This document shows, one piece after another, positions 1 through 8,103 of a stretch of 64,000 nucleotides of DNA. The notes under the pieces were generated by a model, which saw only the letters and a list, made by a program, of their open reading frames with translations, did not search any database and was not told the DNA's origin. Source of the stretch: an archaeon (GTDB taxonomy: Archaea > Undinarchaeota > Undinarchaeia > Undinarchaeales > JBDRKL01); NCBI GenBank assembly GCA_043814055.1, contig JBDRKL010000012.1:32001-96000 (forward strand), given 5' to 3'. The translations under genes were made by a program, and so were the position numbers. Each line of letters starts with the position of its first letter. The stretch's first letter is position 1.

Positions 1-832
1 ACGCTCCGCCGCCTGCGACCATTGTCCAGACTTTTCCTTTTGGATTAAGGATTGTTAATTTCAAAGAAGCGCCTGAATCCTCATCAATCTTTTTTATGTA
101 ATGCTCTTCGCGCGTAAGCTTTCTTCCGAATGGAGCTGGGAATTCCAAATCACCCCAGATTGCTGCATTTTCAAAGAACGCGGTGTCGTCAAGCTTTGCG
201 ACAAGGTCCAGCGGGACTATGTTTTTGCCTGAGAACACGAACGGGTTGAATTCTATGTATGTGAAGCCGAGTTCTGTGAAAGTTTTGTAAACTGATTTTA
301 TGAAATTGATTATTTGCTCTCGATTCTTAACTCCGGCTGGGACAAGTTTTTTAAAATCCACATTGCTCAAAGAGCCTAGGATTGGCACTTTCGTGGTTTT
401 CACATTAGCCCAATTTTCTTCAACGTCAACTCCGCCCTTTGTTGAGAAGTAAATATTATCGCCATCGCGGTCCATCTTCATCGCGAGGTAATACTCTTCG
501 TCGTGCGGCACAAAAGGTTCAATGAGGAAGTGCGTGAGAACTCCGGTTGTTTTCCCAACCGTGGCTGTGCGGTTCATATTTTTCTTGATGAAGGCGGTTG
601 CTTGAGCTAGGTTCGCGTTGAGCAGGATGAGTTTGTTCTTGCCGCGCTTTCCGAATAGCTGGTCTGGCTTTACAACAAGCTTGGTCTTTTTGAGCCACTG
701 GTTCTTTTCGCCGAGCTGACCGAGCTTGGTTTCAGGAGTTACAAGAACGAGCTTGCCTGGGATTGAAGAATTCTTAATGTATTTTGCCAGGAGTAGTTTT
801 CCGTCGTACTCCCGAATGCCGCGTTCTGCCAT
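1..832 (-). CDS. aclB: ATP citrate lyase beta (ATP-grasp) subunit, truncated by window edge
   Basis: Hand translation from ATG at 832: MAERGIREYDGKLLLAKY...VVKPDQLFGKRGKNKL...EFNP...WTMVAGGGA, typical ACL motifs. It runs off the window, so it is absent from the ORF track. Confidence 0.88.
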   Translation of the reverse strand, partial: MAERGIREYDGKLLLAKYIKNSSIPGKLVLVTPETKLGQLGEKNQWLKKTKLVVKPDQLFGKRGKNKLILLNANLAQATAFIKKNMNRTATVGKTTGVLTHFLIEPFVPHDEEYYLAMKMDRDGDNIYFSTKGGVDVEENWANVKTTKVPILGSLSNVDFKKLVPAGVKNREQIINFIKSVYKTFTELGFTYIEFNPFVFSGKNIVPLDLVAKLDDTAFFENAAIWGDLEFPAPFGRKLTREEHYIKKIDEDSGASLKLTILNPKGKVWTMVAGGGA

Positions 833-1390
833 TTATTCTAACACCAATTCGTATTTGTGCGGGTTGTGCATCTGCATTCCGTGGACAGCAGAGTATGAGA
901 TTGAAGTCCCTATGCACACAGTCACTTCGCCGCTAAGGTCTTTTGGTACATCATTAAAGAGCAGATAGCCGGTTCTCGTCTCGTTTGGCTCAACATCTAA
1001 GCCGTCAAAGTTCCAGCCGGTTATCTCGTATTTGTCCGGGATTTTCTGCACGTATGCGTTCTCTGAGTAGAAAGTGAGTGGAGCTGTTCCAACGTTCTTG
1101 ACCTCAATTGAGGCGCGGAACTCTGTAACTTCAGAGCCGGTTGAGTCAAGGTGCGTGAAATAGCCGATATCAATGAGCTTGGTCTCGAACATTCCGTAAT
1201 TGTGCTCCTTGTTTATCCAGGCGTAGTTGTATTCCTCTTCAAATTCAGGCTCAGGTTCTGACTCATCTGCTGGCGCAGAAACCTCTACTGGAGATGGCTC
1301 TGCCGCTGGTTCCTCCATTGGGAATTGGATACAGCCTGATGCTGACACTACAAGGATTAAAATAAGTGCAAAGAGAGCGAGTTTTCTCAT
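833..1390 (-). CDS. Predicted lipoprotein with acidic linker and Ig-like (DUF4352-like) domain
   Basis: Likely start MRKLALFALILILVVSASGC (lipobox SGC); beta-rich domain EVKNVG...VEPNETRTGYLLF. Confidence 0.65.
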   Translation of the reverse strand: MRKLALFALILILVVSASGCIQFPMEEPAAEPSPVEVSAPADESEPEPEFEEEYNYAWINKEHNYGMFETKLIDIGYFTHLDSTGSEVTEFRASIEVKNVGTAPLTFYSENAYVQKIPDKYEITGWNFDGLDVEPNETRTGYLLFNDVPKDLSGEVTVCIGTSISYSAVHGMQMHNPHKYELVLE

Positions 1391-1453
1391 AGCTGGAGGT
1401 AGGGAAGGATAATATTTAAAGTTGTTTGTATAATCAAATGGAGAGGTGAAAGA

Positions 1454-2146
1454 ATGGAATTGAAACAAGCTCCAGCGATAATACCAGCACTGGATTTGCC
1501 GATTGCAGAGGCAGGGGAATTGGTCGCGAAGCTGAAGGATGTTGAGGACAAGATTGCCGCTTACAAGATTAGCTCGCTTCACGCGTTTGAGTGCGGGCTG
1601 AAGGTTGCGGTTGATGAGCTCAGAAAGCACACTGAGCTGCCGATAATTTATGACCACCAGAAGGGCTGTACTGATATCCCTGCGATTACTGAAAAGCAGG
1701 TCAGGCTTGCCAAGAAACTGGGAGTTGATGCTTTCATCGCGGTTCCGCTTGGTGCAGGAGGGGGGACGCTTAGCGCTTTTGTTAATACTGCGAAAGAAGT
1801 TGAGGTTCTGCCGATTGTTTTGCTTGAAATGACCCACTCAGGGGCAAATGACTTTTTGAAAGATGACACGCCGAAATTGGTTTTTGAAAAAGCAAGCGCG
1901 CTCGGAGTGAAATATTATGTTGCTCCGGGAAATAAGCCGGACAAACTAAAGGAGTACAAGGCAATGATTGGCGATGCTTTAATAATGAGCCCGGGAATTG
2001 GAGTTCAAGGCGGCGGAGCTGAGGAAGCAGTAGCTGCGGGGACTGATTACCCGATTGTCGGCGGGGCGATTTACAAGGCAGATGATCCTGTTGCTGCGGT
2101 TAATGAGTTGTATGAGCAGGCGAAAAGGGGGTATGAAACAAGATGA
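1454..2146 (+). CDS. pyrF: Orotidine-5'-phosphate decarboxylase
   Basis: IIPALD, DHQKGCTDIP (DxK-D motif variant), SPGIGVQGG; overlaps pyrE. Confidence 0.9.
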   Translation: MELKQAPAIIPALDLPIAEAGELVAKLKDVEDKIAAYKISSLHAFECGLKVAVDELRKHTELPIIYDHQKGCTDIPAITEKQVRLAKKLGVDAFIAVPLGAGGGTLSAFVNTAKEVEVLPIVLLEMTHSGANDFLKDDTPKLVFEKASALGVKYYVAPGNKPDKLKEYKAMIGDALIMSPGIGVQGGGAEEAVAAGTDYPIVGGAIYKADDPVAAVNELYEQAKRGYETR

Positions 2147-2781
2147 CAAAAAAAGAAATTGCTGAGATTCTGCTGAAGATAAAAGCTGTAACGCTGAACG
2201 TGAAGGAGCCGTACACTTACGCGTCCGGAATAAGAAGCCCGATTTACACTGACAACAGGCTGCTGATGTCGCACGTTCCTGAGCGCAGGAGGATTGTTGA
2301 AATAATGCAGGAGGCTCTTAAGGAAAAGGGAATTGACTTTGACGTGATTGCAGGCACAGCGACCGCGGGGATACCGCACGCTGCGTGGCTCTCTGAGCTT
2401 GAAAATTCCCCTATGATTTATGTGCGCGGGAAGCAGAAGGAGCACGGCAAGCAGAACAAGGTTGAGGGCAATCTTGAGACCGGGCAGACCGTGATTGTGG
2501 TTGAGGATTTGATAAGCACAGGCGGGAGCTCAATTGAAACTGTTGAGGCAATCCGAAGCGCAGGCGGGATTGTTGAGAATGTTCTTGTGATTTTCACCTA
2601 TGACATGAAGAAAGCAAAGGACGCGTTTGAGAAGGCGAAGTGCAATGTGATTGCTCTTTGTGATTTTGGCTCAATGATTGAAGAGGCAGCTGAGCGAAAA
2701 TACATTACAGAAAAAGAGGCTGAGATTGCGAAAGAGTGGAATAAGGATCCTGAGAATTGGGGTAAGAAGTATGGGTTTTGA
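2143..2781 (+). CDS. pyrE: Orotate phosphoribosyltransferase
   Basis: YASGIRSPIYTDNR, PRPP motif VVEDLISTGGS. Confidence 0.95.
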   Translation: MTKKEIAEILLKIKAVTLNVKEPYTYASGIRSPIYTDNRLLMSHVPERRRIVEIMQEALKEKGIDFDVIAGTATAGIPHAAWLSELENSPMIYVRGKQKEHGKQNKVEGNLETGQTVIVVEDLISTGGSSIETVEAIRSAGGIVENVLVIFTYDMKKAKDAFEKAKCNVIALCDFGSMIEEAAERKYITEKEAEIAKEWNKDPENWGKKYGF

Positions 2782-2785
2782 ATAA

Positions 2786-2800
2786 GAAAAGGTTTAAATT
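2786..2800 (+). promoter_or_regulatory. BRE-TATA promoter for the tRNA-Asn unit
   Basis: GAAAAGG-TTTAAATT, about 25 nt upstream of the structured leader. Confidence 0.55.
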
Positions 2801-2857
2801 ATATAGTAATTACCAATATAGCTCCCTTAGTGGGCAAATAGCAAAGTAGTTTGACTT

Positions 2858-2902
2858 GCTTGGCAGTCCCGCAGCATCACAAACTTAACGCGGGACAATT
2901 TG
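2858..2902 (+). repeat. 45-bp structured direct repeat, copy 1 (upstream of tRNA-Asn)
   Basis: gcttggcagtcccgcagcatcacaaacttaacgcgggacaatttg; one mismatch to 3086-3130; stem GTCCCGC/GCGGGAC. Confidence 0.9.
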
Positions 2903-2922
2903 TCAACTGAATTTGCAGTTGT

Positions 2923-3047
2923 GCCTCTGTAGCTCAGCGGTAGAGCGTCTGGCTGTTATCACAAAGCGCGCTTTGTGAATCATCACGAAGCGCAGCGAAG
3001 TGATGGGTACCAGAAGGTCGCAGGTTCAAATCCTGCCGGAGGCGCCA
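2923..3047 (+). tRNA. tRNA-Asn(GTT) with 50-nt intron at 37/38 (2959-3008), CCA encoded
   Basis: Acceptor stem GCCTCTG/CGGAGGC, anticodon arm TCTGG-CTGTTA^A-CCAGA, T-arm GCAGG-TTCAAAT-CCTGC; BHB helix CTGT/ATGG. Confidence 0.95.
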
Positions 3048-3085
3048 ATCTTATTTTCATTTATTTAACCAAAGGCAAACAAATA

Positions 3086-3130
3086 GCTTGGCAGTCCCGC
3101 AGCATAACAAACTTAACGCGGGACAATTTG
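3086..3130 (+). repeat. 45-bp structured direct repeat, copy 2 (downstream of tRNA-Asn)
   Basis: gcttggcagtcccgcagcataacaaacttaacgcgggacaatttg. Confidence 0.9.
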
Positions 3131-3246
3131 CCGGCGTAATTTGACGCCGATTTATGCAAAAACCTGAATAATTTGAATAGAAAGGAAAAATCCAGAAAGA
3201 TTTAAAAACTCAACCGCCATATGAGGCAATCTAAATAGGCTAAGCA

Positions 3247-4527
3247 ATGACATCCAATCCTTTTGAAAACGCGCTAAAACAGCTTGAGAAAGCTAACTCC
3301 ATCGAGCCCATAGACCCGGGCATATACGAGATTCTGAAGACACCGCAGAGGATTTATGAAGTTTCCGTTCCAGTCCAGAAGGACGACGGGAGCATAGAAA
3401 ACTGCAAGGGCTACCGCGTCCAGTACAACGACGCGCGCGGACCCACGAAAGGTGGCATAAGGTTCCACCCGAACGTGACGCTTGACGAGGTCAAGGCGCT
3501 CTCGGCGTGGATGACCTGGAAGTGCGCGGTTGTTAATGTTCCATTCGGCGGAGCCAAGGGCGGGGTAACCTGTAATCCCAAGGGAATGAGTGAGACTGAG
3601 CTTGAGAGCCTGAGCAGGGGATTTATGCGCGAGATTGCCGGGTTCATAGGCCCGGACACGGACATTCCAGCTCCTGATGTTTACACCAATCCGAAGATAA
3701 TGAACTGGATGAGAGATGAATACTCAAAGATAGTCGGCAAGGACACGCCGGCTATTATCACTGGAAAGCCAATTGAGCAGGGAGGTTCTGAAGGCAGGGG
3801 TGCAGCAACCGCGAAGGGCGGTGTTTTTGTCCTGACCGAGGCGTGCAAGCACGTTTCAAACTGCCCGCCTGAGGTTGTTGCGAAGTGCAAGCAGAGCGGA
3901 AAGTGCCAGACCCATGCCAAGGTTGTTGTGCAGGGCTACGGGAACGCAGGAGCTCACGTGGCTGAGATTCTTGACAAGCTCGGCTACAAGGTGATTTCAG
4001 TCAGTGACTCGCACGGCGGCATAGTCAATGAAGATGGCTTGGACCTGAAAAAAGTAGATGAGCACAAGAAGGAAACCGGCTCAGTTATTGGTTTGGAAGG
4101 TGCAAAAGATATTTCTGACGAGGAACAGCTTGAGCTGGACTGCCACATACTCGTTCCTGCCGCGCTGGAGAACCAGATTACGGAAGAGAACGCGGACAAG
4201 ATAAAAGCGAACATAATTCTTGAGCTCGCGAACGGGCCGACAACTCCTGAGGCGGACAAGATACTCTGGGAAAAGAAGAAATTTTTGATACCGGATATTC
4301 TCGGAAATGCGGGCGGCGTGACTGTGAGCTATTACGAGTGGTTGCAGAACAAGAGCGGAGAGCACTGGACCGAGGAGGATGTTTTCGCAAAGCTCAAGAT
4401 AGTTATGGAGAAGGCATTCCACGACGTGTGGGCTGTTTCAAAAGAGTATGATATTGATATGAGAACTGCGGCATTCGTGCTCGCGGTTAGAAGAGTTTCT
4501 GAGGCTGAAAAAGCTAGGCAGAAGTAG
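3247..4527 (+). CDS. gdhA: Glutamate dehydrogenase (Glu/Leu/Phe/Val family)
   Basis: GPTKGGIRFHP, GGAKGG, DIPAPDV, GYGNAG, NAGGVTVSYYEW. Confidence 0.95.
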   Translation: MTSNPFENALKQLEKANSIEPIDPGIYEILKTPQRIYEVSVPVQKDDGSIENCKGYRVQYNDARGPTKGGIRFHPNVTLDEVKALSAWMTWKCAVVNVPFGGAKGGVTCNPKGMSETELESLSRGFMREIAGFIGPDTDIPAPDVYTNPKIMNWMRDEYSKIVGKDTPAIITGKPIEQGGSEGRGAATAKGGVFVLTEACKHVSNCPPEVVAKCKQSGKCQTHAKVVVQGYGNAGAHVAEILDKLGYKVISVSDSHGGIVNEDGLDLKKVDEHKKETGSVIGLEGAKDISDEEQLELDCHILVPAALENQITEENADKIKANIILELANGPTTPEADKILWEKKKFLIPDILGNAGGVTVSYYEWLQNKSGEHWTEEDVFAKLKIVMEKAFHDVWAVSKEYDIDMRTAAFVLAVRRVSEAEKARQK

Positions 4528-5472
4528 TTACCAATCAACAGCCCGAGTTTTCATTCCTGTTTTCTGCTCCAAGTATTTCACAGCGTGCAGGGCTGCTTTT
4601 GTTCCGTTGCCCACCGCAGTTGTGATTTGTTTTGTCCCGCCAATCACGTCACCGGCTGCGTAGAGCCCTGGTATGCTTGTTGCGCCTTCCCTGGAAACTT
4701 TCACGTGACCTTCCTCGTCCAGCTTCGCGCCAATCTTGCCGGCCATTTCAGAGGCTGGGTTTACTCCAATGTTTATGAAAACTCCGTCTGTTTCTATGAT
4801 TTTTTCCTCGTTTGTTTTTGTGTTGTGGACTTTGAGCCCGGTAACTAGCTTGCCGCCGAGCACTTCCAGCGCGGCGGTGTTAATTATGAGCTCCACATTG
4901 CTTTGCTTTAGGTTTTTAAGCGTTGCCGCGTCAGCGCGGAACTCCTCCCGCCTGTGGATGAGATAAACTTTCTTCGCGATTTTGCTTAGCAGGAGAGCTG
5001 AGTCAACAGCTGTGTTCCCGCCTCCGATTACAGCGACTGTTCTGCCTCTGAAAAATTGAGCGTCGCACGTGGTGCAGTAGCTGACCCCCTTGCCGCGGAA
5101 CTCTTCCTCACCAGGGATGCCGAGCTTGCGGTGCTCTGCGCCTGTTGCGAAAATCACAACCCAGGCCTTGTACTCAGCCTTGGCTGTCTTGAGTATGAAC
5201 TGCTCGTTGTCCATCTTGAGCTCGGTTACCGGCTCCATAAGGACCTTTGCGCCGGCCTTCTCTGCCTGTTCCTTCATTTTTTGAGATAAAGTTGTGCCAG
5301 CGATGCCTTCAGGATAACCAGGATAGTTCTCTATGAACGGGGTCTGCGCCATCTGCCCTCCTGGTATCTTTGACTCAAATAGGATGGTCTTCACTTCCTG
5401 GCGGGCTGCATAGATTCCAGCGGTCATTCCAGCTGGTCCGCAGCCAACGATTAGTATGTCGTATTTGTCCAT
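4528..5472 (-). CDS. trxB: Thioredoxin-disulfide reductase
   Basis: GCGPAG, GVSYCTTCD, GGGNTA, HRR, AAGD motifs. Confidence 0.92.
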   Translation of the reverse strand: MDKYDILIVGCGPAGMTAGIYAARQEVKTILFESKIPGGQMAQTPFIENYPGYPEGIAGTTLSQKMKEQAEKAGAKVLMEPVTELKMDNEQFILKTAKAEYKAWVVIFATGAEHRKLGIPGEEEFRGKGVSYCTTCDAQFFRGRTVAVIGGGNTAVDSALLLSKIAKKVYLIHRREEFRADAATLKNLKQSNVELIINTAALEVLGGKLVTGLKVHNTKTNEEKIIETDGVFINIGVNPASEMAGKIGAKLDEEGHVKVSREGATSIPGLYAAGDVIGGTKQITTAVGNGTKAALHAVKYLEQKTGMKTRAVDW

Positions 5473-5650
5473 AGCTCAAGAATGGGACGCGGTTTTAATA
5501 TAGTTTGCGCAAGAAAAACCTTAAATACGGGGAACAACACTGATAGTCTTACAAATGAAACTAAGTGAGTGTCTTCACAGCTAGAGAAATGATTTCACTT
5601 AGTTTGGATTCTGGAAAATTTTTAAAGAGCTTTAGCTGTAAAATTAAAGC

Positions 5651-5676
5651 AAAAAATGGCCCGGGTAGTTCATTGG
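5651..5676 (+). repeat. Duplicated 5' fragment of tRNA-His with its upstream A-tract
   Basis: aaaaaatggcccgggtagtt is identical to 5786-5805, then cattgg versus tagtgg. Confidence 0.85.
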
Positions 5677-5762
5677 CAACCTTTTTCTTTTCACAAAAGA
5701 AAAAGCTCGAACGCGCACAGCGCGTTGAGCAACTCGCTGTCGCGAGTTTGTTTGACCAAAAA
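5677..5762 (+). repeat. CAACCTTTTT...TTGACCAAAAA modular hairpin element, long form
   Basis: Aligns with 35495-35582 with compensatory stem changes. Confidence 0.85.
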
Positions 5763-5792
5763 GAAAACTTCGGACCGATTTGCGAAAAAAAT

Positions 5793-5868
5793 GGCCCGGG
5801 TAGTTTAGTGGTTAGAATTGGAGACTGTGGATCTTCAGACGCGAGTTCAATTCCCGCCCTGGGCCCCA
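5793..5868 (+). tRNA. tRNA-His(GTG) with encoded G-1 and CCA
   Basis: G-GCCCGGG/CCTGGGC-C-CCA; anticodon arm GGAGA-CTGTGGA-TCTTC; T-loop TTCAATT. Confidence 0.95.
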
Positions 5869-5870
5869 TT

Positions 5871-5950
5871 CAACCTTTTTTCCCTTGCGATTGGGGGAAA
5901 AAGCTTGACCAAAAATCAGGGGCGTTCGCTCGCTACGCTTGCGAAGCCCC
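5871..5950 (+). repeat. CAACCTTTTT...GCTTGACCAAAAA element, short form, plus GGGGC...GCCCC hairpin module
   Basis: Same ends as the 5677, 17158(-) and 35495 copies; 5919-5950 is the reverse-complement homologue of 61128-61160. Confidence 0.8.
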
Positions 5951-5973
5951 ACTTCTTTTTACAGGTGATTTAG

Positions 5974-7263
5974 ATGGATAAATTTGAAGCCACCCGCGGA
6001 ATGAGGGATTTCCTTCCAGAGGAGATGGAGAAGAGAAGGTATGTTATTGATATTATTAGGACGACCTTCAAGACCTATGGCTTTGGCGAGATTTGGACTC
6101 CTGCGCTTGAGAGCCTTGGGCTGCTAAGCGCAAAGAGTGGAGGCGGGGACGAGATTGCAAAGACAATATTCACGCTCAAGGACCAAGGAGGAAGGATGCT
6201 CGGGCTCAAGTTTGACCAGACTGTTCCAACCTCAAGGGTTATCGCGAACAACCCGCAGCTTACAAAGCCATTCAAGCGATTCATAATCAGCCCGGTTTGG
6301 AGGTATGAGAGACCGCAAGCAGGGCGATATAGGGAATTCTGGCAGGCGGATGTGGATATTTTCGGCTCGAAAAACCCAGAGGCAGATGTTGAGACTGTTG
6401 CGTGCACAGCCGCTGTTCTTACTGCGCTTGAGTTTGAGGAGTATGAGATAATCATAAACAACAGAAAACTGCTCAAGGGGCTTGCGATGCAGTTCGGATT
6501 CAAGGAGAACCAGGTTGTGGACCTGCAGAGGTGCATTGACAAGCTGGACAAGAACAGCGAGGGTGAAGTTGTGCGCGAAGCAGCTGAGAAAGGGCTTGAC
6601 GAGGACTTGGTAAGGGACTTTATAGCCACGATAAGCATGGAAGGGAAGCCGGAGGATGTTTTGAAAAAGATAAAGCCAAGTTTGAAAGATACACTTGCGC
6701 TGGAAGGGCTTGGCGAACTAGAGGAGTTTATTTCACTTTCAAAGCCGTATGGCATTTATGAGAAGCTCAAGCTGAACTTGAGCATGGTAAGAGGCTTGGA
6801 TTATTACACCGGCACGATTTTTGAGTTCAAGGCAACTGACGCCAAGATTGGCTCGTTTATGGGCGGCGGAAGGTTTGACAAGCTTGTTTCAGCTGCAGGC
6901 GGAGAAGCGATTGCAGCCACCGGGCTTTCAATAGGCGTGGACAGGCTTGTTGAAATTTTGAGAACTAAAGAGAAACTCAAGGCAAGCGGCGGGTGCAGGG
7001 TTCTTGTAGGCTATTTCCCTAACTGCAGGGAGAAAGCAATTGAGATTGCGCAGGGATTGAGGAAGGCTGGGGTTGAAACTGATTTTGACACAAAGCGCAG
7101 GAGCGTTTCAAAAGTTCTGGACTATGCGAACGCGAAGAAGATTCCTTACGTGGTTCTTGTTGGAGAGAAAGAGCTGAAGGAGAACAAGGTTGCGCTTAAG
7201 AATATGGAAACAGGAGAGCAGAAGTTGGTTAAGGAGAGCGAGCTGTTAAAAAGTTTAAAGTAG
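5974..7263 (+). CDS. hisS: Histidine--tRNA ligase
   Basis: RGMRDFLP, WRYERPQAGRYREFWQ, RGLDYYTG, GGGRFD; C-terminal anticodon-binding domain. Confidence 0.96.
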   Translation: MDKFEATRGMRDFLPEEMEKRRYVIDIIRTTFKTYGFGEIWTPALESLGLLSAKSGGGDEIAKTIFTLKDQGGRMLGLKFDQTVPTSRVIANNPQLTKPFKRFIISPVWRYERPQAGRYREFWQADVDIFGSKNPEADVETVACTAAVLTALEFEEYEIIINNRKLLKGLAMQFGFKENQVVDLQRCIDKLDKNSEGEVVREAAEKGLDEDLVRDFIATISMEGKPEDVLKKIKPSLKDTLALEGLGELEEFISLSKPYGIYEKLKLNLSMVRGLDYYTGTIFEFKATDAKIGSFMGGGRFDKLVSAAGGEAIAATGLSIGVDRLVEILRTKEKLKASGGCRVLVGYFPNCREKAIEIAQGLRKAGVETDFDTKRRSVSKVLDYANAKKIPYVVLVGEKELKENKVALKNMETGEQKLVKESELLKSLK

Positions 7264-7293
7264 TGGGAAAAACATAGGTAATGATTATGGCAA

Positions 7294-7482
7294 GTGAGTA
7301 TCTTCACATGGATATGCAAACTGGACACGAAGTCCCGTCTAGTTATACCTTTTAAGGCGCGGAAAGAGCTTGAGATTTCTGATTCTGTTCTTTTGAAACT
7401 TACAGAAGACGGACTAGTTGTTACAAAATCTAATGGAGAAGAGGGAAGGCCAATTTCTAAGATGTGTAGGAGAGTAGAATGA
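7294..7482 (+). CDS. Small AbrB/MazE/SpoVT-type DNA-binding protein
   Basis: KLDTKSRLVIPFKARKELEI...VLLKLTEDGLVV matches the swapped-hairpin pattern. Confidence 0.6.
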   Translation: MSIFTWICKLDTKSRLVIPFKARKELEISDSVLLKLTEDGLVVTKSNGEEGRPISKMCRRVE

Positions 7483-8103
7483 AAAATTCAGCAGAGTGTC
7501 TTCATTTTAGGAATACCAAATAAGGGGCGTTTGAAAGAGCCAGCAGTAGAACTTTTAAAAAAGGCAGGTTTGATTCTTGGCGAGAATGGGAGGTGCCTGA
7601 GCAACAAGGTAGAGGGGGAGAATATTGTTGTGCAGTCTTTCAGGGCAAAGGACATTCCGCTCTATATTGCAGAGGGCGCTGTGGATGTGGGAATTACAGG
7701 ATATGACATTTGGAAAGAGTCCAGATTAGAGCTGAAAGAATTGCTTGACCTGAAATTCGGTTACTGCGACTTGATTTTGGCAGGGGTGGCTGGGAAAAAA
7801 ATAAAGAGAGGGGTGAGGGTTGGAACTTCATTTCCCATGCTTACTGCAAATTACTTCGCAAGGCAGGGAATCGCAGCGAGGATTATTGAAGTTTCAGGCG
7901 CAGTTGAGATTCTTCCAAAGTTAGGAATTGCCGATTTTGTAGTTGACTTGACCAGCACGGGCGCCACCTTGAGGGAGAACGGGCTGGTTGTGCTTGACAA
8001 AATTTTGAGCTCTTCAGCAAGATTGCTGTGCAGGCGGATGAAAGAAAAAAACGTAAAATTTGCTGAGCGACTCAGGGAGGTTATTGAAAATGAAAATTTA
8101 TGA
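7479..8103 (+). CDS. hisG: ATP phosphoribosyltransferase, short form; start irregular
   Basis: LGIPNKGRLKE, RAKDIP, DVGITGYD, GAVE, DLTSTGATLRENGL. The conserved N-terminus lies upstream of TTG 7531, and ATG 7479 is one base out of frame. Confidence 0.88.

Noticed and set aside
833-1837. 334-aa ORF as given in the track
   Set aside because: The N-terminal part is antisense to pyrF. The real gene starts at the signal peptide at 1390.
2858-3130. CRISPR array or a known ribozyme in the 45-bp repeats
   Set aside because: There are only two copies, separated by a tRNA, and no cas genes. I found no hammerhead CUGANGA/GAAA core and could not fit twister, pistol or HDV consensus by eye.
5658-5676. 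Split or permuted tRNA-His half
   Set aside because: There is no matching 3' half or BHB-forming leader, and an intact tRNA-His lies 135 bp downstream.
5565-5981. 138-aa ORF (and antisense 5561-5869)
   Set aside because: It overlaps tRNA-His and the hairpin repeats and has no protein-like features.
7480-7482. Selenocysteine readthrough between the AbrB-like ORF and hisG
   Set aside because: The position is not a catalytic Cys site, and no SECIS or sel genes are visible.
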